Shown: positions 1-13,960, counted from the first letter of the whole stretch. The stretch is DNA of 62,556 nucleotides, filler included, from Choristocarpus tenellus KU-1152 (GCA_964200185.2; 13 parts of 13 records of this genome joined end to end with filler, not necessarily neighbours in it), one strand, 5' to 3'. The notes: a model not told the origin generated them from the letters alone. Translations and numbers: made by a program.

Positions 1-261
1 AAAAGGGGGGGGGGGGAGAGGGGGGGGGGACCTTGGTCGTCTTCCGGGGGGGGGGGGGGGGGGGGGGGTGTGGGGGGAGGGAGGGAGGGCAAATAGCATG
101 ATGTGTTCTACACGAGAAACATAATTGGCATTATCTACTTCCACTTGAATGTTGTATTTTTGTTTGTTTATTTTTGCACCCTCTGACTCACAAGAAACGT
201 GCCCTGTATCTCCCTCTAATTTCTCTGCCCCGGACTTGGTTTTCCTTGACGCTACCTACAG

Positions 262-399
262 ATGAGGTTGAGAATGTTGGCATTGGAGCAATTGCTGAAG
301 GACAAGGACAACACAGTCCAGACCATCACAGCCGAAAAGGAGAGACTACTCGGAGACCTAATGACTATACAATCCGTCCAGGATCTCTCAGCGCGAGAG
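262..399 (+). CDS. Candidate internal exon, coiled-coil protein (MRLRMLALEQLLKDKDNTVQTITAEKERLLGDLMTIQSVQDLSARE)
   Basis: Pyrimidine tract then CAG acceptor at 259-261, GT donor at 400-401; 138 bp, phase 0/0, open, heptad-like Leu spacing. No family recognised. Confidence 0.5.
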
Positions 400-2870
400 G
401 TTTGACTGATTCTGGAGGGATTGGGACACAAGTGGGATACCAAGTGAAGAAAAACAGTACTTCCAAGATTATGCTTCAAATTCATGTGGGAAAAATACTT
501 ATTTGGGAAACAATCAGATTGGATAACGGGATAATTGATAGCAATCTCTCTGCTGAGTAACCAAGCGGTGGTACTTTTATTACCTCTGATCAACAACATG
601 GAGGAGAAGAATGCCAAAAATTTCCAGCCAAGAGAAAGCAGTTGGTGTTTGTGTGTGTTTGTGTGCAGAAGGGAGGAATGAGACATGTACATCCCAGGTC
701 CATAGGGACATGTATGAAGCTGTAGAAAATATACTCTTCTTCTACGTGGTACTATGTACTCTACTTGGTTTCTGGGAAGAACTTTCCGTCTCCGAAATAT
801 TGTAAGGTAAGAGCACATTATCCGTGTTATTGCAATCCCACACAAGGGGATTCTACAAAAGGAATGTTGTAGCAAATAACACAGATTGAATTATGAGTTA
901 TTAGTGACCAGGGACGAGTAAAAGATCTACCACCCCCCTCCACTTGGATGGTGTTTCTCACTCCAACTTTCTACCTACTACAACATAACTGAGAAGGAAC
1001 TAATCTACACATTTCAATATCAAGAGGTGGGCTCCTACACATTCTATAACACATACCAATGGTGGTTCTATGGAGCAGTGCCCTAACTGCTTTCCGTCAT
1101 TCATAATATCCTCTGGATCACAGACTTGCTCACGCCATCATATGTGTACTGAAGCTGAGAGATACAAGGCAACCTGTTGCAATACTGCAGGTCATCATTC
1201 TTGTGTAACTATTCATATTGTTCTCTGACAGCTCTAGTTGCATTCAGGCGAACAAACAACCTATTTAGTTTGCAGAAAGGTGAGGTACTGCACGTAACCT
1301 CTTCTTCCTCCTGTCTCATTTGCATCATGCACACAACATTCCATGGGTCAAAAAAACGAGGGAGGTCATGCAAAGCTAACTCTGTCGCCATCCAGTTGAG
1401 CATGCCCAAATTTCATTTCAACCTCAATGCTCTGGTGGGGACTGATTTACTGGTCTTAAACCTCTTAATGTTAGGCACAGCCAGGATCATTTCCCCAATC
1501 AAACGATAATTGAATATATTTTCTTTCTGGCACAATCCGCCCACCAAAACCTGCCCCTCTAGTTCGAAATGATCATGCCCAAGAAGAAGCAGAAGGCGGC
1601 ACCAGGGATCCTCTCACCTTTTCTCCGAGAGGATCACCTCATCATTCCTACTCGAACGAATGGCAACTGCTGGTTTCGAACCAAGATGATCTGTCTTTCG
1701 GTGGCGTTGGTTAGAAACCCAAACAAGTTCTCAAAAATCTTAGATGGATTGAAGACTGCAATACAGTGCAGCTTCACAATGCACAGAGCTAGTTAGAAGG
1801 AGTTCTTTCATCCCAAATGCATTGCCACTAGGATTTGAATTCTTCTTTCAGACTATGGGGGGGTTGCCAAACCCTAAATCCGTGAGCGTGTGTGACAGAT
1901 GGTAGTAGATGGGATCAAAGCTTTAACGTACGGTGTACTTGCTAAGGTGAGTGTACTAACCAAGTCACCCGAGGTGTCAGTAATGTGCAACTTACGGTTT
2001 CCCAGTTGTTTATATTTTTGTGGGGTACAAGAGCTCTCCTGTGGCACTCTGGATATGGCATAACATATGGAGATCTGTGGCAGGAACTGAAGGTAATCAA
2101 CACCAACCTTTACCACACTCTCTTCAGCCATGAACCAAACGTATTCTGTAGTAGCCATTGTCTACTTGAAACACATCTATGGCAAGTGGAGAGGGTGTGT
2201 GTGCTCCAGAACATCCTCGCTGCTCTGGTTCAAGGTGTCGATTACATTTGTTGACCTACAGATATTCGTTAGCTCTGTGGGGATCCGAAGAACAATATAG
2301 TGCTCTGGGGTGCTCCGGGGTGCTCTGGGTGCTAAAATACCAATGGTATCAGCCTTCAGAGTAACGTCTTTGGAAGGGAAGATATAAAAACTAGAAAGGA
2401 ATGCTTAATCTGTGAGTTATCGTGAAGATTCAGAGGTTTTCCTGTATTTGCTTTTGCAGAGCTGAATCGGAGATGCCTATGTTTGCTCATTGTGTTGAAA
2501 TTAACACACTTCACTGTGGCAATCCATGCTAGGCTCTTCTCCATAATGTTTTGGGAGTATTCATGATTTATTTTTCAGTTTCCGTAATTCTATGCCATTT
2601 TCTCTACGTTCTGTTTGTCCTCTTTTCTGGCATTCCGGTACTCGGGAGGATTTGATTATTTAAGTCTGGATAGGAGGGAAGATACAAAAATTTCTTACAT
2701 CATCTAATGCTAGTTCTCTTGAGTGTTGTAAAATAGGTGGAATAAGAGTTGCTGCCCGGAATTATTCTTAAACACGTTTGCAATCTACTTTGCACCTTGT
2801 TTAGCGTATATCCATGTTCCAAAGTGTATTTCTCAACACTCTCTCCACAACCAATCATGATAAATTGATA

Positions 2871-3617
2871 CTCACTCTGTCCCACAAGTCTGTTCCCTCA
2901 TGCATGTAACTCCTCGGGATGACCTTCGATATCAAAACGGAATTTTGCATCGGATTCATTGATGTTTTTTGCATTAGAACACCTTTCCGTGCTTTCACTC
3001 AACGCCGTTAATCCACGGATTCAGTGCCTTCTTATGGGCCTCTTGATCTACCAGAATCGACATGGGCAATGTACCCTCCCGCTGCCTCTTACTGGTCCCC
3101 GTGTTCTCTACCCCGAAGTCTTTCCCCCTAAGCCGTTTTACCTCCTAAAGTGACTCTGCCATACCCTCTCGAGGGTTTCTGCGTCGTACTCGTTGAATAT
3201 CCGCTTAACCCCCTCACAAAGGTAATCCTGATTTGAAATCGGAGGTCATCCCAAAGAGTTACAAGTAGAATGGAACAGATTTATGGGACAAGAGGGAGAA
3301 ACCCTCGAGAGGGTATGGCAGAGTCTCTTTAGGAGGTACAGCCAGGTGCTAAGGGGCTGGGGGGGAACGACTTCGAGGAGAGCACATGGGGACCAGAAAG
3401 AAGCAGTGGGAGGGTACGTTCCCCATGTCAGTTCTGGTAGATCAAGAGGCCCACGAGAAGGCACTGAATCCGTGGATTAACGGCGTTGAGTGAAAGTACG
3501 GAAATGTGTTCTAATGTAAAAAACATCAATGAATCTGATGCAAAATACTGTTTTGAAATCGGAGATCATCCCGACGAGTTACATGCACAAAGCAACAGAC
3601 TTACGGGACAGAGGGAG
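2871..3617. mobile_element. Stowaway-like (Tc1/mariner-type) fold-back non-autonomous element, 747 bp, TA target-site duplication
   Basis: TA|CTCACTCTGTCCC...GGGACAGAGGGAG|TA; long imperfect inverted arms at 2871-3180 and 3297-3617; the CTCCCTC terminus plus TA TSD is the Stowaway signature. Confidence 0.85.
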
Positions 3618-6600
3618 TATAAATGAACATTAAGACATGCCGCGCACATCAAAATTCCTATTGACGTGTGGATCGTGTACAGGTTGGAATTGTGAATAGG
3701 AACTAGTTTTCGCCTTCGCATGTAGTTATGTCTGGGTACATCTGCTCAAGTTACTCTCTCCATCCACTCAGTCTTTGATACAGTCTTGGCAAAGCCTTCT
3801 GGTGTTTTTGGATCCTCTGTGGTACATGATAATCATCATCGTGGAATTGTATATGTTGTATAATATATAGACAAGATAGATATAGTAGGAAGAGGAATAT
3901 AGGTGAGGTACGTAGCCAGGGGGGGGCACTCCATGTAGTCTCTTGCCTTGATTTTGCGAAATTGGGAATCTACACTAGAAGGCATATTGATTTTCCAGTT
4001 AGAAAACAAGCTTCATTCCCATGAAATTCCATTCACTAAACGGAATCTGAAGAAAGCTTTGACGCAGATATTTCTACTAGAAATGAAGCTGTGTAGCTAT
4101 GGCCAGCCATATCCCCATTGACACTTGAGCGATTAGTTCAAAATGTGTTGTGGGTTCTACGTGAGTTTTCTTCATGTACCCATGCATGCATGCTTAATGT
4201 GGATGTGAACCAGCCACCTTCCTCCTACCCAGTTCCTTTTCACCCTGACCTCAACAATATATGTTGGGAAACCACCCTCCATTGCACATCCATGCACATT
4301 TAAATGAAGATTATGTGTGATAATTTGACAATCAGTACAGGTCTTCGGCTTTGCTGCACCAAAGGAACCTGTACTTAAAGGGGGGCGTTAGAAGGGGTGA
4401 TGGTTTTAAAGTGCCACAATTCGCTTTGCAAGTAATGCACACCTTGCAAACTGTTCACTTATCCATTGATCAAGGTGGTGGCAGCAAGAATTGTGAGTTG
4501 AACAGTATTTATTCATGCCCATTGATGCCTTGCACATGGTATTATCATGGCCATAGCTGTATAATGTACTTATCGTAATGAGATCTAACTGATAATTTCT
4601 GCACAGCAAGGCCTTTGTTATGTAATAACTTCAGACTCCACTGTTGTGTGCATACTCTTGGGTTATATTTCTTTCTCCACCATGCTAGCATCCGCAAAGT
4701 ATGTCTGTAGGCATGAAATTTAGTAGTGTACATATGCTGTCTGCGGGCGAAGATCTAGCATTTTTAACACCTATTCAATGGAGTGATTAAAAGTGACAGA
4801 TAGAACAGGCCAATTTTTGAACTTCAAGCAGGTTATCTCATCTAATATATGATGCGTTATTAATTTTGGGGTCGTTGTGCACATTCTCTGAGGTCGAGTT
4901 CACAGATTCCATCAGTACGCGGACAACTGAGGAAGCAAAGTCACTTCCTCCATATACATACACACATGCTAAAGAAGTGATACTACTCACCTCTCACCTC
5001 TAGGATCTCCCAAAGTGTAGATCTGGGTTGGAGAGCCGCCACCACATCGATTGGAAAATGGGTACCGAGCATAAATTGAGTACGTTATTGGTGGTACCGA
5101 GTGCACTAAGCACTGTAGCTCTGGAGCACATTCGTTCTTTTTTGCTGAGCCGGAAAGTCACCATTATAGTGATATTAGAGGCAATATAAACAGTGTTTTG
5201 TATGGGCAGAGAGCAACAAATGGGAGTACTTTTATTATGAAGTCCTAACTGGTAAGACCACTATGCTATAATCATTAACAAATATGCAGCACTTCATTGT
5301 ACTGCCCTGTAATGGGAACGTTCGATGCTTGCCAGAACATCCTTGAAATTCCAACCACCTAACTTACATATAGTGAAATATGTGATGACTTCATAGCTGT
5401 AAGTATCACCTTTATTTTAACGTATCATCTCCCTTCTTCTCTTCCCTGCTGCTGTGCACGAAGGACTGCTACGTTGAAGCCATTGAAGCCAAAGATATCA
5501 GTTGTGTTTATGGTGCTTTAATGAAGGACAAAGAACAGCTTGATATAGATGAACAATGTTAGTAATACAAGGACCTTTGTGGTCTCGATTCCGCTGACTG
5601 AACTCGTGAGTGAGACTCTAGCCTTAACTACCATCATTACTCTATAGTGTGGGGTTTGTAATCGTCCACACTAATTTACTATGAATTACTTATTTACATA
5701 TCTTAAGTATAGGAAGTGTATCTTGAACATGATATAACCAATCAACACTATGAGTCAGTGCATACAATATATCTGTCACTGGATCTCTACCCTATCACAC
5801 AATCCACCAGTGGTGTCTATAGTGTATCAGCAGTACTATCTACGAACATCATTAGCTTCCTGCACTTACTGTCTGAAGGAAAGGGTGTAAGTTTTGACCG
5901 GACACTCTTTACAATCGACCCCTTAATACATGATACCAGCGGCACCTTGGATAGAGGCTTGGTGCTCCTTGGCCGCATGGCACACTTGTATGGCTTGTCC
6001 CTTCTGAAAAGTCGTGCCAAGGCAGTGGTGAGATTTATATGCAAAGATAGTCCTTCCCACAGTAGTACCAAAATTCCACTGAATGAGGCTATACCACTAC
6101 ATCACCATTAACTCTGTTGTGCTGTCTTTAACCCTGAACCCTGGAATATTTTCGTGTGCCAGCGCTTCACTGCAGACTAAAAACTTGTCAAGAGGTCATA
6201 AACAATAGAGTAGAACTTTACTCCCCTGGACATCTGGCTCAAAGTGCGCTGGGGAATATCTTGCACTATCGATAGAGGTGGTATGTCCACCCTCTCACAT
6301 ACAACTTTCACCATGGGTAACATAAATAATGGGGAAGCCTATCACCTTGTTTATTCCCCTATTATTCTTGATACGAGTACAACTTGCTCGAGATGTGTGC
6401 ACAATAAAAAGGGCTCCATAACGAAAGCAAACCTCATTTCTTCTTCTCGCTGGGTAGTCCTCTCAATTTAGGAGTAAAAACGTGGAGACGGATAGATACC
6501 TCTTTATCAGTAAGGTCAAGGCGGGGTTGGTGGAGGCTTACACACGAGGGATGGATGGATGGATGGATTGGTGGAAGCACCCATGACATGGAGAAGATTG

Positions 6601-7035
6601 AAGACGATGAAGCATTGTTAGCCTTCAATCAAATGCAAACGACAATAGGCAGAATCAAAACCTGATGGTGTGAACCAAGTTGGCAAGAAGAAGGTGAATT
6701 GGGTACGGTTTGCTGCAATCAACACACGATGTAGTGTGTGCAAATATATGTATGCATGTCATGCTCTACAATGTACTGCAATCAGAATTGATTCCAGACA
6801 GGCACAGGCAAGTTCATGTTATGAGAAGTCTAAGTGAGCAACTCCTGTAAATACTATTTGTACACTCTAGTGAAACTTGAAATCAATATATTGTATACCT
6901 TTCTAAATTAATTACTTTGAAGTAGGAGTTGTGGTCTGTGATTCAATGACTGCAGTTTTCCAGTTGTGTAGCTCGCTGTATGGTAGTGTGTGCATTGCTA
7001 CAGACTGGCATTGTTCATATTCCAATCTCTATCTA

Positions 7036-7220
7036 GACCCAAACTATCTGGGTGGAGGGGGGGTGGAGTCTACACCAGGGTGTCCATTTGGGTCAAAATC
7101 AGGAAAAGTACATTTACATTATCCATCCAAGGTGTATGCAACCAAATCACCCAAAAATCGCGACATGAAAAAATTGCCCCCAAATGGACAGCCGCCATGT
7201 CCCCCCAGATACTTTGAGCC
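7036..7220. mobile_element. MITE family B (~185 bp), complete copy
   Basis: Ends GACCCAAACTATCTGGG...CCCAGATACTTTGAGCC, subterminal GTCCATTTGGG / CCCAAATGGAC, flanked by TCTA on both sides; homologous to 20951-21121. Confidence 0.8.
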
Positions 7221-7256
7221 TCTAGTACTACTTGGCTATCAGCAGTGCAAAAAGCT

Positions 7257-7520
7257 GAGTCAAAGTAAACGAGAGATACTCAGAGTTGCATTTTAAGGAC
7301 ATTTGAACAAATATGCGCAAAATTCGACTTTCTTTGAAAATGCCTATAGGATACATTTCCATCATATTCCAAAAATTATATAAATAGATAGAGAAATGAA
7401 CGCTCTCAAGTGAAACTTAGAACTTCATCAATAGAAATATGGGCGAATTGTAAAAGATTGAACAGCAGACACAAAATGCAAAACGGTCGAAACCTGGGTA
7501 CCTCTCGTTTACTTTGACTT
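7257..7520. mobile_element. MITE family C (~264 bp)
   Basis: TIRs GAGTCAAAGTAAACGAGAGATACTCAG...CTGGGTACCTCTCGTTTACTTTGACTT; shares the first 11 bp with family A. Confidence 0.75.
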
Positions 7521-7617
7521 GGCTCCGTAAGCTAGCTACAACTTAGTACTTCAAGTGGAGGAGGCTACATACGCTCTAACCCAATCTACGATGGTGCCCG
7601 CCCAACCAAAAGAACCA

Positions 7618-7895
7618 GGCACATAGATTCTTCGATGGGTGGGGGGGGGGGTGTTTAGCCCAGGTTGTCCATCCGGGGCTTGATAGGGTGATGGAAAATA
7701 CCCCAGTTTGGTGCCCGTTTATGAGTGATTTCCTATGGATTCTGGTTCAGGCAGGGGGATGGAAATGGAAGGTGCATTCAGATCAAGGAAATTGACCTTA
7801 CGTCCCACACGCTCACCCAAATGGCCTCAAAATCACTACAGTTTCACACCAGCCCCGAATGGACGCCTAGTACCCCCTCTAGGATACTGTGGGTC
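7618..7895. mobile_element. Diverged MITE of the same group (family D)
   Basis: Right end CCCCTCTAGGATACTGTGGGTC; inverted subterminal motifs GTCCATCCGGGGCT / AGCCCCGAATGGAC; left end degenerate and approximate. Confidence 0.5.
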
Positions 7896-9022
7896 TTAAC
7901 ACTGGGAGATAAGACACACCACTGCACTGTATTACTACTACCGTTCACAGTGGGGACAAAATACACGTTAAAGGTCAACTCCCTGCAGCAGCAATGCTCC
8001 GTATTACTCGAGAACTCTCACCCATCTGCTCAACTTTCCTCATTACACTAGTACTATAAATGGTACATAGATGGATCCACTTGGATTCAGCTGCTTTGAG
8101 GAACGCCAAAATTCAGACACTATATGAAAATCCTCACTACTACTACTTATCATCAGTTGACACTTGTCACACCCAGAACGTCACACTTGCACACTTCATT
8201 TAATTCACACCACAAAGGATCAACGTTACCATCTCCCAGTACCTTACACACTCCTCTGTACGCGGTTCTGTAGGAGGAGCCTACCCTAGTCACACATACA
8301 TCTCTCTAGTCACATCAAATCAGGACAAAGGCATGCTCTCCCTTGTTTCCCACCCCATCCTTTCGCACAAGCTCCAGTACCAATATTTGTATCAATTTCA
8401 CAGACACGTTTCAATAACACTTGATCATTCATTCACAAGCAATCTACGCCACTACAACCACTGTTCCTCCAAAGCACAGATAGATACTCCAAATTACAGT
8501 ATACTTGGAGAAACAAAGTCATAATAGCAACAACTTGCCGGCACTGCTGTATAGCACACACACCGTCAACAGACAGACACGTACATCCATTGGCATAATA
8601 TGTAAACCAACAGGTAAACAACCGCACAACACTGATCATTCTCTACCCAATAGGTATGGACCTGACCAGCAGTACGCACTACAACATTCAGAGCGTCCGA
8701 CATGTCCCAAAGAGGCGCTCAAAACACAATTTTTCCCCTTCCTACCCAATGAGACCCCTCATGGCTCTCCAAACAATACCATCCTCGCCATCAAAGGTTG
8801 ACACTTCGACAAACTGGAACACAATTCTTGCATACACTTCGTAGGTCCCATCCCGTACACAACTTGACTAAGGTGGGGCAACAATGCACAACCATACTCA
8901 CTCAATGTGCCCTGACATCTCCACCCCTGAACCCCTTCTTGCCCCTCTCTCACACCCATGATCCCTACCACAGGGTAACTACATACCAGGATAATGATCA
9001 AGCCCACACCTGGGGATGGCGG

Positions 9023-9203
9023 AATGGGCTCCAGTACAAACTTATTGAGCCGTCAAGGCCATCATTGAACCTAGTGAAGATACTCAACTCGAAAACAAGG
9101 TACAAAGGCTGCTCCCTGACATTGGAGAACCAGTTCAACACACTGGTGAGGAGTCTATCGACTCAACCCTCCATTCCTACTCAGCTTGGGACTCCAGATC
9201 CAT
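9023..9203 (+). repeat. Diverged ~180-bp dispersed repeat, copy 1 (copy 2 at 10248-10426); probably TE-derived
   Basis: Shared blocks GGGCTCCA, TGAACCnAGTGAAG, ATTGGAGAACCAGTTCnACACnCTGGTGAGG and AGATCCAT. Confidence 0.65.
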
Positions 9204-10247
9204 ATGCTCACAGCACATCATTCTACTCCATGTTTCCCCTTCCTATCCCTTCCTCCCCCGTGGCTCTCAGAATGAGATCATTGCCGCCAAAGGATGACAT
9301 TTCCACAAAGTCCAAACACCATTCCAGCATGCATTTTGTAAGCTATCACTCATTCTTACAGCTTCACGACTGGTAGAACAAGAACGCATTGTTGAAACCT
9401 GAATCGAATGCATCGTGCATGTCGGCAAAGTGCGTAGACTACTAGCGATGAAGAATAATGGTGTTGCAAAGCACCGATGAGCGATATGCGTAGTCTATGT
9501 TCTGGATAGGTGTGATTGTGCTGCAAAGCACCGATCTATTTATTCTGTGGTAACTGAGGTTATTGATCTCTCACTCAAGAATGATGCGATGTGAATTATG
9601 TGTTCTTTCGTGTGATACTCAACGAAAGAAGCCCATGCTCTGTGGAGATGCTTGTTTCCTTGGCTGGCAAGGGTTTCCGCGGATGGTTTTAACTCTGATT
9701 ATATTACATCCATGTGTGTGTGATACACAGTTTGCAGAGTGGCGTTGATGCAATTTTAGAGATCATTGGCTGTCGCGAATGAAATATTAATCAGCCATCA
9801 TGTACAACTGTCATCTTCTGCTGATGAGGAGAAAGAGTGCAAGAAAAACAAACAACAGAACAACAGAACAGAATTGAAGCGAAATGTGATGCAACTAAAG
9901 TGACGTACATTATACTATACTAATTGCGTGGAACGCAGAGCGACTGTTCTGTACTAAGGTGTTCTGATTGTAGTTGATGTAGTGATGACGAACTAGTGAA
10001 AGTAACGTCCAGAACGTAACAGACCAATCAACAGTCAGTATTGACTGGTGGAACTATATTTTATCAAGGAACAAACAGACGAGTAGCCTATGTTCTAACA
10101 CGCATGTCCAATTTCACCAAGTGCTCTCTGAAATGTCCACCTATGATCCCCTCCTTGCTCTTCTCTCTCGCCCAGGGTCTACTCCTTGGCATAATCAGGG
10201 TTGCTCAACACTGAGGTCATGCTCCAATCCAAAGCTGAGGACACTGG

Positions 10248-10426
10248 AACGGGCTCCATATAATACTTTCAGCTTCCCAGGCCGCCGCTGAACCCAGTGA
10301 AGCCGCTCAGCGCAAACACAAAGCAGAATGACTGTTCCTTGATATTGGAGAACCAGTTCCACACGCTGGTGAGGCTTCTATAAATGCCATCCCCTGATTC
10401 GATTTGGTTTGGGCCTCAAGATCCAT
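10248..10426 (+). repeat. Diverged ~180-bp dispersed repeat, copy 2
   Basis: Collinear similarity to 9023-9203. Confidence 0.65.
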
Positions 10427-11888
10427 TGAACCTCAGTTTTTCGTATTTCCGTGGGTAGTATGGTAGGTAACAGATGATTTGGGTATGTTCACTGGTACAA
10501 GGAAGAATGCATGTCGTTGGAAAATGGAAGCAATGGAATGAAGGCACGAAGGTGTGATGGGTGGTGAAGCACAATCAATATCTGGTAATACAGTAGATGT
10601 CATACTAACCAAACCTCTACATGGGCACATCTCCTATCGGTGAACCCATTATAGTTCCTAGGTCCCTGCACTAGGTAATATTTTGGCTAAGACCATGCAC
10701 ATCAAAGGGACTTGAGTCACCAAAATACACTCAAATGTGTATACATATAGAATGGTCGAATTTGAACATGCCACGGATTCGGATTAGCATTGGAATGGCC
10801 GCCATGGGCATAGGCATGGGCAACGGCACTGTGATCCTATCCTATGGAGGGATACTCCAATCTATAAACTAACACAAACATGTACCCTGACCAATACAGA
10901 AAGTTCCCAATGCCATTCCTGGCAGTCATTAGACCTGAATTATCTCCAAAACCAAGGCGTGAGCCCCGTAGTGGACCAATCGCATCAGTTTACACTTCGA
11001 AGTACTAAGCTAGAACTGGGGTTACCAAACATTTCTACACATGATCTGCTGACACAGATGTCAAAAACAAGCTCCACTGGAACTACCTTAGACTATACTC
11101 CAGACTGCACGAGACGTAGTCATCAAATATCACCATGGCATGATGAATCCAACAACCAGGCAACATCACACAACAGTATGTACATGAACTCCACGCCATC
11201 ATTCACTCTGCTAGATTGCAACGCATAAAATTACCACACAGGTGCCCTTTTATTATTCTGTGAATCAGGTGTAAGGGGAGATAAAAGCAAACACCATATG
11301 CACAAGAAATTCTGAGATAATAGGAATGATGCAAATCCCCTCCTCTATCATATGCCCTGTTATTGGCGATGGCATACAGTCCAATACAATGCCATCGACC
11401 AGGGATAAATCAAGGCATATCCTCACTTTCGAGAGATGTGCAAGCCCTCCCAACACCAATAGGAGAACCCAAAGTGACTCACCCTTCAGAGAAGAAGCTC
11501 TGGGGGATCTTGGTCATGCAGCTGCTGACATCCCCAAAGGCAACCTCAATCGATATCTTCTCCGGACCATCTTCAAGGTTGTAGAGGAAGTCAACAGTCT
11601 GAAGAGAGGAAGTGTGAAATGCAGGGAAGGGAACTGCAATGAGGAAAAAACCCTTGCAGACAAATACAATAATCTGAGATGGTAAGAGGGGCAAAACTGG
11701 ATTGTGATGGGATAGGACATCAAATGTTCTGGACATACAAATTTATGGGATATGCTGCGTGCTCTGTAGCACACACTCCACATGGAGGTCTCACGGATGT
11801 TGAACTTGACAACTTTTTGGATTCGGTGAGTGACAACTCGCCTACCGTGTGACATGGATTGATGAACTGATTCTTCATTCTATATAGG

Positions 11889-11988
11889 NNNNNNNNNNNN
11901 NNNNNNNNNNNNNNNNNNNNNNNNNNNNNNNNTTAATTAATTAANNNNNNNNNNNNNNNNNNNNNNNNNNNNNNNNNNNNNNNNNNNN
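11889..11988. other. Artificial contig linker
   Basis: N44-TTAATTAATTAA-N44. Confidence 0.99.
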
Positions 11989-12050
11989 GGAAGCCAAGCC
12001 CCAAATGGACAAACAGGCTAAAACTCGTACCCTCTAAGATACTTTTACTC
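11989..12050. mobile_element. MITE family A, terminal fragment at contig start
   Basis: GGAAGCCAAGCCCCAAATGGAC...TACCCTCTAAGATACTTTTACTC matches the family A end. Confidence 0.85.
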
Positions 12051-12241
12051 ATTGCTCACAAGCCACAACTGCCATCTACTTTTGTACCTCTCCAGCTGAA
12101 TCCTTTCATGATATAGAGTGATGTGTCTGTCAAACTTTGAGTCATCAGCCTGTCGTCTCCATTGAGAATTCTCCTCTCCATCTCATACTCATTGGACAGC
12201 GTTATCACGATGGCGCATTGATCTGGTCCTAAGTCACAGGT

Positions 12242-12501
12242 GAGGCAAAGTATCTTAGAGGCTAGGGCCGTCTCCATTTGGGGGCCAAAATCCAATGTTG
12301 CGATTTCGATGTAATTTTGACTACCGTGTTTGTTAGCAAGTATTAGTATCCTTCTTCCGGACACACCTTTTCATAAGGTATACATTTTACCTACTCTGAA
12401 GCATTTGGGGGTGGAAAAATGTCATAATAAATCCCACGGGAAGCCAAGCCCCAAATGGACAAATATTGGAAAACCTTGTACCCTCTATGATACTTCCACT
12501 C
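12242..12501. mobile_element. MITE family A (~260 bp)
   Basis: GAGGCAAAGTATCTTAGAGG...TACCCTCTATGATACTTCCACTC; internally homologous to the other family A copies. Confidence 0.85.
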
Positions 12502-13854
12502 AGTTGTCCCAAGTTGTTTTAGTCCGCCAGCAACACCATTGACCCGGAGCGTGGACTTCAGTAAAACCAACTCCTCTTTCCCATACTTTTAGAAGAAGAA
12601 AAAAAATTACCTTTGACCCTAGCAAAATTTATATTTATTCCGTTTTAAAAAAAAATCTAACTTCTGAAAAAGTATACCTAAACTTTCTTGATCTCTGTCA
12701 GATAATTTAAAAAAATTACAGGTGTGGATTTGCCACATCAACACAAACCATTTCTTTCTTTGGATCTTCGCCTAAGCTCCATTTCCATTGAGATGAATTT
12801 GAGCAGAAGACGGTGCTGTGCACGTAACCCCTCTGCATTCAGTTGTTGCCGAGCCTCCTGGTTGAAATCGTCCCATCCCAACCTTAACATCTTGTCCTTC
12901 CTGTGAGTCAAATGCATCCCTGTACCCGCTAAATCTGGTCTGCCCCAGGTGCACCTTGTTCCAGTTCCACCAGTCCTTTCGGTTTCCTGAGAAGATCTTC
13001 AGCTCAACTCTTAGGTTAACAATCTACCTTCTAGGTAGCGCTTCTCACTGTTCCTGCTGCTGTTGCTATTGCTGCGCCTCGGAGATAGCTAACCCGATCA
13101 TCTGAGGGAGCTACACACACAAACAAACACACGCATATCTATATATGTATTTGTTTCCACCTTCACCCGACATCCCAACTCCTTGCGAACCAATGACAGA
13201 ACGACTTCCCTACAGTGGCTCGCACATTATAAAGTGGGCACAAAGGCTGCTGTTCATTGATACAGCTTCCTCCTTCGACTGTTGAGTCTCAGGACTGCCC
13301 CAGAAGTTTGAGATATTTTATGCCTTACTAAAATTTTGTCAACTCAACAATCCCTCCAAAATGGAACTCCAAAACAAGCTGAGATTGGAAATGAGTGTTT
13401 GGGACCACTCGGTACTGCTCACATCTACAAACTACCCAGAATTCTATATCCTAGTACTTGATTACAGAAACAGTTAATTTCCCGTAACATCTAGAAGAAA
13501 TGATCTCTGGGATGTACCATATCACATGAAATCTCTTTGTACTCTGCCAGATGTAATGTACTACGATAAACAGTCTACATATTCTGTAGAGCACCTCTGA
13601 ACACAAACAACAGGGTTGTGCCTAGGTACCAGGAATACCTGCTCCTAGGTAGAAGGCACAGGCTATGCGAAATGGGGGTATATGTTTGCCTGCATAAAAT
13701 CTTATTATCGAGTTTGAAATATACATGAATTTAGTACAATGTGTACCTGTGGGGTCTGTGCGGAAGTTCGACCTTATTCAAAGTAACAAAGAGGGACTTT
13801 TTAATTATTGATAACGAAGGCACTGCAGGCTGTGGGACATTGCCAGACACAGCA

Positions 13855-13960
13855 AGGCCAAAGTATCTTGGGGGATGGGGGCGTGTGTCCATTTGGGGTC
13901 CATTTTACCATATCTCGATTTTTGAGTAACTTGCTTATACACGGGGGATTGAAGGTGTAT
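13855..13960. mobile_element. MITE family B, truncated copy
   Basis: AGGCCAAAGTATCTTGGGGG...GTGTCCATTTGGGG; no right end found, so the end coordinate is approximate. Confidence 0.6.

Noticed and set aside
1-90. G-quadruplex or poly-G elements at this and other contig ends
   Set aside because: Contigs break at G/C homopolymers, several inside family B MITEs; lengths and bases there are unreliable.
9886-10100. Solo LTR (TG...CA)
   Set aside because: No TSD and no second copy in the window.
12540-12960. Viral D5-like helicase remnant (GKST on the minus strand)
   Set aside because: Only a 4-residue match amid many stops, with no other viral hallmark genes.
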